The notes beneath the pieces were generated by a model. The model was not told the origin of the DNA and searched no databases. It saw only the letters and a list, made by a program, of their open reading frames with translations. Both the position numbers and the translations under genes were made by a program. Of a DNA stretch of 64,000 nt, positions 59,001 through 64,000 are shown in pieces (the stretch's first letter is position 1; the number at the start of each line of letters is the position of its first letter). Origin of the DNA: an uncultured Roseivirgaceae bacterium (lineage in GTDB: Bacteria; Bacteroidota; Bacteroidia; Cytophagales; Cyclobacteriaceae); assembly GCA_964438975.1 (NCBI GenBank), contig CAYTMU010000010.1, positions 20,513 to 84,512 of the forward strand, given 5' to 3'.

Positions 59001-60952
59001 ACTTCGATCAGTTGTCAAAAAACCCCACTGTGGGCTTGGTAAGCGATCCCGCGTTGCGCAGACTGGAATTCGAGGAATCGGTGAGTGATATTTCGATCAC
59101 GACGTTCACCGCGTCTGCCGGTAAGCCGCTCGATTCTGTTTCGTTCCGCATCAATGGAGCGGAGTTCAACCTTCTCTATGAGGGAGGAGCTTGTCGCACG
59201 AATACCATCAATCTGGTAGCATTCGACCGGCGATCTACCCGTCCGTATGCCGGTATCTACTTCAAATGGTACGAGTTGTTGTACGATTACGGCGGACGGC
59301 GGTTGTTGTGCGGTCGAGAGCCGTATGTCATCAACAGTTTTACACCGGGCGAACTGGTGACTGGACAGAATGATGACTTGATTCGCTACATAGATAATAT
59401 TGTGGAAGGCGACACAGTCATGTTGTTTAGTATGGGCAACGCCGGATATGCACAGTGGCCTGTTAGCGCGAAGGCAAAGCTCGGCGAGCTGGGAATCTCT
59501 GAGGCGCAGTTCAACGTTTGGCAGAACGGCGATGCGGTGGTGATCTTTGGTCGTAAAGGAGCAACTCCGGGGAGTGCAGAAATTCACCACACGACACAGG
59601 GGGTACTTCGCGTCGATCGAACGGTAGCGGGGCGCTTTACGAATGGATCGCTGTCGACCGGATTAATCGGTCCCGCGCAGCGCTGGGATCAGATGACCTC
59701 GCGTCTGCGAGACGTTGAGTCGGGCGACGCGTTTGGTGTGAGCATTGTCGGCGTGCGCGATAATGGTGAGGAAGACACGCTCATCACCGCCATCCAGTCT
59801 GAAACAGACCTTTCGGTCATTGATGCCGAAACTTACCCGCATATCAGAATGGTGCTGGAAATGACGGATGATGCCAACCTAACCGCGGTTCAATTGTCAA
59901 AATGGCTCGTGTTGTACGAACCGTTTGCAGAAGGGATGGTCTATCACCGCCGGGAGCAGATGCATCGGGTTGTAACGGAAGGGGAGATCATTTATGAAGA
60001 CTTTGGTTTTGTCAACGTGAGCGAGAAGGAATTCAGCGACTCACTCCTGGTACGCGTTGATGTCATGAGCGCGCTCGGCGGAGCGAGTTCGTCTTCGTTT
60101 CATATAGATGCGCCGTTGCCAGGGGATACGACACAGTTTACATTCCCAATTGCGACGTCGGGGAAGGGAGGTTCGAATAGCCTGCAAGTGTTCGTCAATC
60201 CGCGGATACTTCCGGAGACAACGTTCGATAACAACGTTGTTTTCCTGACTGATTACATCGACGTTGTGGAGGATCAGGCACGTCCGGTACTGGACGTCAC
60301 GTTTGACGGGCGTCACCTTCGTGACAACGATTTTGTTTCTCCATCGCCTACAATTCTCATTCGCCTTTGGGATGAGAACCACATTATACAAAAGACAGAT
60401 ACCGCAGGAGTTAGCATTTTTCTCGCCCCGCCCTGCGGACAAGACAATTGTGGATTTGAAGCAGTATATCTGAGCCGAAACGACGTGCAGTGGTATGCTG
60501 CGACCGGCAATTCTGATTTCCTGGTGTCGTTCACTCCGCGAGACTTGCCAGACGGCGCGTACCGCCTGCGCGTGAACGCGCAGGATGGCAAGGGCAACAC
60601 GGCAGGTGAAGTCCCGTACGAGATCCGGTTTCAGGTCGAAAGTGCACGACTTATCGCCTGGAAGGGTGCATACCCGAACCCCTTTTCACAGCACGCGAAT
60701 ATCGATGTGGTAATCACCGGCGATGCGACGCATCAGATGTCATATACCTTGCTGGTGTCGACGGCTGAAGGGAAGATCGTGTGCGAGCAGAATGGTCTGC
60801 CGGATAGTTTGAACGTTGGAACCAATACGATTCAATGGAAGAGCGTCCGCGACGACGGCCGCCCGCTACCGGCCGGGCTCTACCTCTACAGGTTGACAGT
60901 CACAGTCGGCAGTGAGCAGCAGACGTACTTCGGAAAATTATTGAAAATGTAG
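56063..60952 (+). CDS. Peptidase C25 (gingipain/PorU-like) family protein with a T9SS type-A C-terminal sorting domain, 1629 aa
   Basis: Signal MKRLVSVFFLLLFAVCTSGQS. The N-terminal EWIQYSQIYVKVPVAADGLYRVSYQSLQQAGF resembles PorU/C25 propeptide-region starts. Candidate catalytic His (ITFFGHSAPN) and Cys (LMNGCDAGSFF). C-terminal CTD: YPNPFSQHANIDVVI...AGLYLYRLTVTVGSEQQTYFGKLLKM. Confidence 0.8.
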   Translation: MKRLVSVFFLLLFAVCTSGQSGNEWIQYSQIYVKVPVAADGLYRVSYQSLQQAGFPVETNPARFQLFHRGSEVAIHVEGENDGVFGPGDYVEFYGRRNDGTLDSTLYADPDHQPHRYYNLYNDTTAYFLTAGSFDGKRMSLSSGSLQGQPESFHNAERLLVLDQDYSAGSTYGSVLLSAFDKGEGWTGLTILQGRQLTYTIEDITHTVPSAAKPRLEILLTGLGPMKHDVEVLVGGRVWEYISFDGFDSHIQAGEIEWADISGSTLSVTVRVTGVNGPDRVSASYVRLQFPQQITMSGTDERVFGLPAGAGVAWMRIPAVSASTRLLDITNPGSPVRIATQSDGALDAVVKRDGHARKVLATSRYLAPASLRKIVFHPIDPSSFNYLIITHPVLRRSALGYADPVEAFAAYRASAEGGGYHTAIADIQELYDQFNYGETSPRAIYQFLKYCATVKLPDYMFLVGKGLDVNYAYGRSPGSFTTYQDLVPTAGYPASDMLFSVGLGDAENVPAIATGRLTANTPTEVAVYLNKLKEREALPYADLNRKRILHLSGGIEESEPALFRQILQDYQTIAEDLYLGGRVQAIAKGSTNLKLINIADELNRGLGMITFFGHSAPNTTDFDIGMVSNPIMGYDNAGKYPFMLMNGCDAGSFFLNTAITGENWVLTPDKGAVGFVAHSAYGLLHYLQLYSATFYDVAFADPVFITEGAGIVQQEVARRFFHRYGTSPSQISQAQQMVLLGDPALRIFGADKPDYAPVLESVAVRSFTDEPVTAFSDSFRVEVPIRNYGIARAENIRINIQREYNGTVVEYDTIIPSVLYEETISMTLRNRDTGGHGINVLTIHVDADNLIDEIDEGNNTASIEYFIPLNSTRHLYPHNHGIVSKREVTLSFQFTDPSSGPREFILEVDTTRNFDSPYWQRYNLSAQVLARQAIALAERDSVVYFWRTMIADPLETESREWAVSSFSYIQDGPEGWAQLHFDQLSKNPTVGLVSDPALRRLEFEESVSDISITTFTASAGKPLDSVSFRINGAEFNLLYEGGACRTNTINLVAFDRRSTRPYAGIYFKWYELLYDYGGRRLLCGREPYVINSFTPGELVTGQNDDLIRYIDNIVEGDTVMLFSMGNAGYAQWPVSAKAKLGELGISEAQFNVWQNGDAVVIFGRKGATPGSAEIHHTTQGVLRVDRTVAGRFTNGSLSTGLIGPAQRWDQMTSRLRDVESGDAFGVSIVGVRDNGEEDTLITAIQSETDLSVIDAETYPHIRMVLEMTDDANLTAVQLSKWLVLYEPFAEGMVYHRREQMHRVVTEGEIIYEDFGFVNVSEKEFSDSLLVRVDVMSALGGASSSSFHIDAPLPGDTTQFTFPIATSGKGGSNSLQVFVNPRILPETTFDNNVVFLTDYIDVVEDQARPVLDVTFDGRHLRDNDFVSPSPTILIRLWDENHIIQKTDTAGVSIFLAPPCGQDNCGFEAVYLSRNDVQWYAATGNSDFLVSFTPRDLPDGAYRLRVNAQDGKGNTAGEVPYEIRFQVESARLIAWKGAYPNPFSQHANIDVVITGDATHQMSYTLLVSTAEGKIVCEQNGLPDSLNVGTNTIQWKSVRDDGRPLPAGLYLYRLTVTVGSEQQTYFGKLLKM

Positions 60953-60956
60953 AAGA

Positions 60957-61427
60957 TCAGTGCGCGTGTCCGCCGGCACCGTGTACATGGCCGTGGCTGA
61001 TCTCCTCCTCCGTTGCGTTGCGAACTTCGATGATTTCCACATCGAAGTTGAGCGGAACACCTGCGAGGGGGTGATTACCATCAACAACTATCGATTCAAG
61101 TCCCACTTCCGTCACTGTGACAACGCCGCCTTGATTCGTAGAGAAACGCATCCCGACCTTTACTTCCTGAGATCCAAAGGCGGAAACGGGTACTTTCTGT
61201 ACCAGGTTCTCATCCTTCTCACCGTATCCTTTTTCAGGTTCAATTTTCAATTGAAGTTTTTCGCCTTTCGTTTTGCCTTCCAGGCCCTCTTCCATTCCCT
61301 GGATCAGGTTACCCGCTCCATGCAGGTACGCGAGCGGATCGCGGCCCTCGCTTGAATCGATGACCGTACCCTCGTCATCGCGCAATGTGTAATGAATAGA
61401 AGCGACTTTGTTCTTGGTGATTTGCAT
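60957..61427 (-). CDS. slyD: FKBP-type peptidyl-prolyl isomerase SlyD with a short His-rich tail
   Basis: VASIHYTLRDDEGTVIDSS...PLAYLHGAGNLIQGMEEGL, an IF-domain insert, and the tail SHGHVHGAGGHAH. The stop lies only 4 nt from the convergent C25 gene stop. Confidence 0.9.
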   Translation of the reverse strand: MQITKNKVASIHYTLRDDEGTVIDSSEGRDPLAYLHGAGNLIQGMEEGLEGKTKGEKLQLKIEPEKGYGEKDENLVQKVPVSAFGSQEVKVGMRFSTNQGGVVTVTEVGLESIVVDGNHPLAGVPLNFDVEIIEVRNATEEEISHGHVHGAGGHAH

Positions 61428-61552
61428 AAGACAACATTAATTGATAAAAAAGAAAGAAAAGAATCAGGCCACCGGCTTTTCCGGTTAACAGATATACGGC
61501 AGGTTTTTTTGGAATTCTCCTGACGACAAAGGTACAAACCCAAGTTGGAAAT

Positions 61553-62878
61553 CTAGTCTAACGGCCGCACTTTTAGCGATGGACCTTCCTCACTGATGAC
61601 TTCAACAACCTGACCCTTTTGAATATAGTCGCCCCGCGTGGAGGCGTCGTACAGCCTGCCATCGATAAGCACCTTTCCACTGGGCCGCAAGACCGTCTCT
61701 GCGGTGCCGCGCTTTCCAAGCAGTGTCTCTCCGAGCTGGAAAGAAACATACCCTTCCGACCTGTTTTGAGTATCGGTAAGGGCGATTCGGCGGAAAAACC
61801 GTGTATTGGGGAGTCTGGTGCCACCGATCAGTAGAAGCAATATGCCACCGAGCGTACCCCCAACGGCCGCCGCAAGTGCGTAGAGAATATCGTTTGCTGG
61901 CACAAATTCGAAATCGAACGCCTGGTTGTTAAGCATGATCAGGAACAAGGATCCGACCGTGAGTGTGATTCCGGCAACTCCCGCGACGCCGAATCCCGGG
62001 AGTACGAAAATTTCCACCGCTATCAGGCCCAGCCCTATAAAAAAGGCGAGGATTTCCCAGTTTTCAGCAAGTCCGTTCAAGTAATATGGAACGAGGTAGA
62101 GGATGAGTGCGATGAGCGCGGCAAGGCCTGCAAATCCCAATCCAGGAGTCTGCATTTCAAAGTAGATGCCTCCGATAATCATGAGGATCAGCAGGCTGCT
62201 TATGAAAGGATTCAGGATAATCCGTATGATCTTTTCCGTCCAGCCCAATTCAAAGGTTGTCAGCGTATAGTCGCCTATGCCAGCCCGCTCGAGGATCTCG
62301 TCGATAGATTGCACGCGGGCGTCGCAAAAGCCGTGCTGTATCGCTTCAGAGGTCGAGAACGTGATGACCTGTCCTTCCTCCTTGATCCCTTCAATCACAA
62401 TCGATTCATCGACCATTCCCTCCGCGATTCTGGGATCTCGTCCCTTTTCCTCGGCTGTGGACCGCATGATCGATCGCATGTAAGACTGATATTTATCAGG
62501 TGCCTTTTCTCCCTGAGCATCGACCACTGTTGCAGCGCCAATCGTCGCTCCCGGCGACATGTAAATGCTGTCACAGGCAATAGAGATCAGGGCACCTGCC
62601 GAAGCAGCATCGCTGTTGATGAAGACCCACACAGGTTGTTTGAATTGCATGATCCGGTCGACGATCTCTTTTGCGTCGGTAAGCACACCGCCATAGGTAT
62701 CCATCTCGATGATCACCAGGTCGGCTTCAGTCTTTTCAGCCTCCGTGAAGGCGAGGTCGACATAGCGTTGCATGCGCGGATCGATGACATCCTTCATTTC
62801 GAGCCGGAGGATCTTTTGCTGGGCAATTGCCAGCACGGGGGAAAGCGCGACAACGCAAAACAGGAGTATTTTTTTCAT
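61553..62878 (-). CDS. NfeD-family membrane-bound ClpP-class serine protease (long form)
   Basis: An N-terminal signal, a ClpP/SppA-like domain (DLVIIEMDTYGGVL..., INSDAASAGALISIACDSIYMSPGATIGAA), several TM helices, and a C-terminal NfeD OB domain (GTAETVLRPSGKVLIDGRLYDASTRGDYIQKGQVVEV). Confidence 0.88.
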   Translation of the reverse strand: MKKILLFCVVALSPVLAIAQQKILRLEMKDVIDPRMQRYVDLAFTEAEKTEADLVIIEMDTYGGVLTDAKEIVDRIMQFKQPVWVFINSDAASAGALISIACDSIYMSPGATIGAATVVDAQGEKAPDKYQSYMRSIMRSTAEEKGRDPRIAEGMVDESIVIEGIKEEGQVITFSTSEAIQHGFCDARVQSIDEILERAGIGDYTLTTFELGWTEKIIRIILNPFISSLLILMIIGGIYFEMQTPGLGFAGLAALIALILYLVPYYLNGLAENWEILAFFIGLGLIAVEIFVLPGFGVAGVAGITLTVGSLFLIMLNNQAFDFEFVPANDILYALAAAVGGTLGGILLLLIGGTRLPNTRFFRRIALTDTQNRSEGYVSFQLGETLLGKRGTAETVLRPSGKVLIDGRLYDASTRGDYIQKGQVVEVISEEGPSLKVRPLD

Positions 62879-62937
62879 ACCTTTCGAATATTTCCGGGCC
62901 TTCTGTCAGGAACCGATTTTTTAAACTTGGACTTACC

Positions 62938-63723
62938 GTGGCAAACCGTCTCGATGTTCGACAATCCCATAGATTTGCCGGAATTATCTGGAACACCCTT
63001 GCCCATGATCGCAATGAACGACTTTTTGTCGAGGTAAGAGACTCCCGGAAAAAGACAGTGTCCTTTTCGGCATTGAATTTACGAAATAATACATGGTTAT
63101 GGAAGGACGTCGGATTTGAAGAACCGTGGTGGATCAGTATGCGGGCTGTGGAGGAAGATGTGCTGTTGCTCACGGTCTATTCGGATGCGGCGAATCCGGA
63201 TAAGAAGAGTGTTATTGCGTATGACGTCGAGAAACAGCGCATGATCTGGTGGCGGAACAATTTCTCGGTAACGAATGTCACCTGTGCCTACGTTTTCGGC
63301 GTAGACGGCAAATTTCCTGAAAAAGAGTCGGTTTTAGATCTGTTTACCGGCGAACTGACTCTCCAGAGCGATTTTCATTTGGGGGATTCGCAAAATTTTC
63401 CGGTATTTCGACCGTTCCAGTACAAAGAGGGCACAACTCATTTCGACACCGTCAAGCATTTTTTGAGCGTCAGGAGGGGAATCGTACCTGTTGGAACTAT
63501 TGAATACCTCGAATTTGGATCGTTGATCATCATGTCATTTTTTTCGATGGAAGACGGTTTGGCTAATTATTTGTACGTATTGGATACCAGTGGCGAATTT
63601 CTTGCGGAAGAAAAACTAGGCGAGGGTCTCCAGGGAGTGGGACTGGATACATTCTATGTTTTTTCGGGGCATCTTATTTTCGTAAGGAACAAAAACGAAC
63701 TGACAAGTTTTAAGATCATATGA
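62938..63723 (+). CDS. DUF4905-like protein
   Basis: FAGIIWNTLAHDRNERLFVEVRDSRKKTVSFSALNLRNNTWLWKD...PWWISM... matches the family pattern as I remember it. There is no in-frame ATG near the N-terminus, so I took the GTG at 62938 as the start; the ORF-track start at 62827 would overlap nfeD. Confidence 0.6.
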   Translation: MANRLDVRQSHRFAGIIWNTLAHDRNERLFVEVRDSRKKTVSFSALNLRNNTWLWKDVGFEEPWWISMRAVEEDVLLLTVYSDAANPDKKSVIAYDVEKQRMIWWRNNFSVTNVTCAYVFGVDGKFPEKESVLDLFTGELTLQSDFHLGDSQNFPVFRPFQYKEGTTHFDTVKHFLSVRRGIVPVGTIEYLEFGSLIIMSFFSMEDGLANYLYVLDTSGEFLAEEKLGEGLQGVGLDTFYVFSGHLIFVRNKNELTSFKII

Positions 63724-64000
63724 TTAAACTACTCTTCCTGGCTGCGTTAACATTCAACGCGGAAATGCCAGTAGATTCGATAGGCATCGAGACCATCAAC
63801 GGCCAGGTATTCGTTATACACCGGGTTGAAGAGAAGGAAACAGTGTTTGCGATCAGCCGGCGGTACAAAACCACTGTCGACGCCATCCTTCAGTACAACG
63901 CTACGGCGAAGGATGGGTTGGAGATCGGCCAGATTCTCAGGGTGCCCTACACACTCCCCGCGGTTGCGAGGCCTTCAGATGCGACTGTTCACAGGGTTCA
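63720..64000 (+). CDS. LysM-domain protein, 5' part only; continues past the window end
   Basis: The ATG at 63720 overlaps the preceding stop (ATGA). The ORF is open to the window end. HRVEEKETVFAISRRYKTTVDAILQYNATAKDGLEIGQILRVP is a LysM motif. Confidence 0.8.
   Translation, partial: MIKLLFLAALTFNAEMPVDSIGIETINGQVFVIHRVEEKETVFAISRRYKTTVDAILQYNATAKDGLEIGQILRVPYTLPAVARPSDATVHRV

Noticed and set aside
1-64000. Scan for CRISPR arrays, rRNA/tRNA genes, IS elements, integrases, phage genes and long direct repeats
   Set aside because: None was seen on either strand by eye. All sizeable ORFs are accounted for by chromosomal-type genes, and no spaced repeat arrays are visible in intergenic regions. 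A computational repeat or tRNA scan would be needed to be definitive.

Overview
The window looks like an ordinary, densely coding chromosomal segment of a Bacteroidota-type genome. GC is roughly 50-55% by eye. The phylum call rests on several things: T9SS type-A C-terminal sorting domains, a Bacteroidetes-style exbB-exbD-exbD-tonB cluster, single-cytochrome-b sdhCAB, rpoN, TAnnTTTG-like -7 boxes, and no obvious Shine-Dalgarno sites. I support about 52 CDS. Two are truncated at the window edges: the guaA 3' end at the left and a LysM protein 5' end at the right. Clear housekeeping genes are hemL, nuoABCD, nnr, asnS, rpoN, trxA, dnaE, sdhCAB, slyD, an AddAB-like helicase-nuclease pair and a DEAD-box helicase. 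I found no rRNA, tRNA, CRISPR array, transposase, integrase, phage gene or obvious toxin-antitoxin pair, so nothing looks like a mobile or defence island. No single feature stands out as a clearly new system. The most unusual items are listed here:
- A PadR / double-PspC / ECF sigma / anti-sigma / beta-barrel OMP string at 50.5-54.9 kb.
- A stand-alone Sulfotransfer_2-like gene transcribed divergently from a 1629-aa C25 (gingipain/PorU-like) T9SS protein at 55-61 kb.
- An exported 1416-aa TPR-CHAT protein.
- A cytoplasmic BON protein with a ~240-aa R/G/S/D/Y-rich disordered region.
- A DnaQ-like exonuclease fused to DnaE.
- A nuoABCD cluster with no other nuo genes nearby.
- Two odd small T9SS-CTD-like proteins.
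- A few structured or unexplained intergenic stretches.
All functional calls come from reading motifs in the supplied translations. No database search was run.
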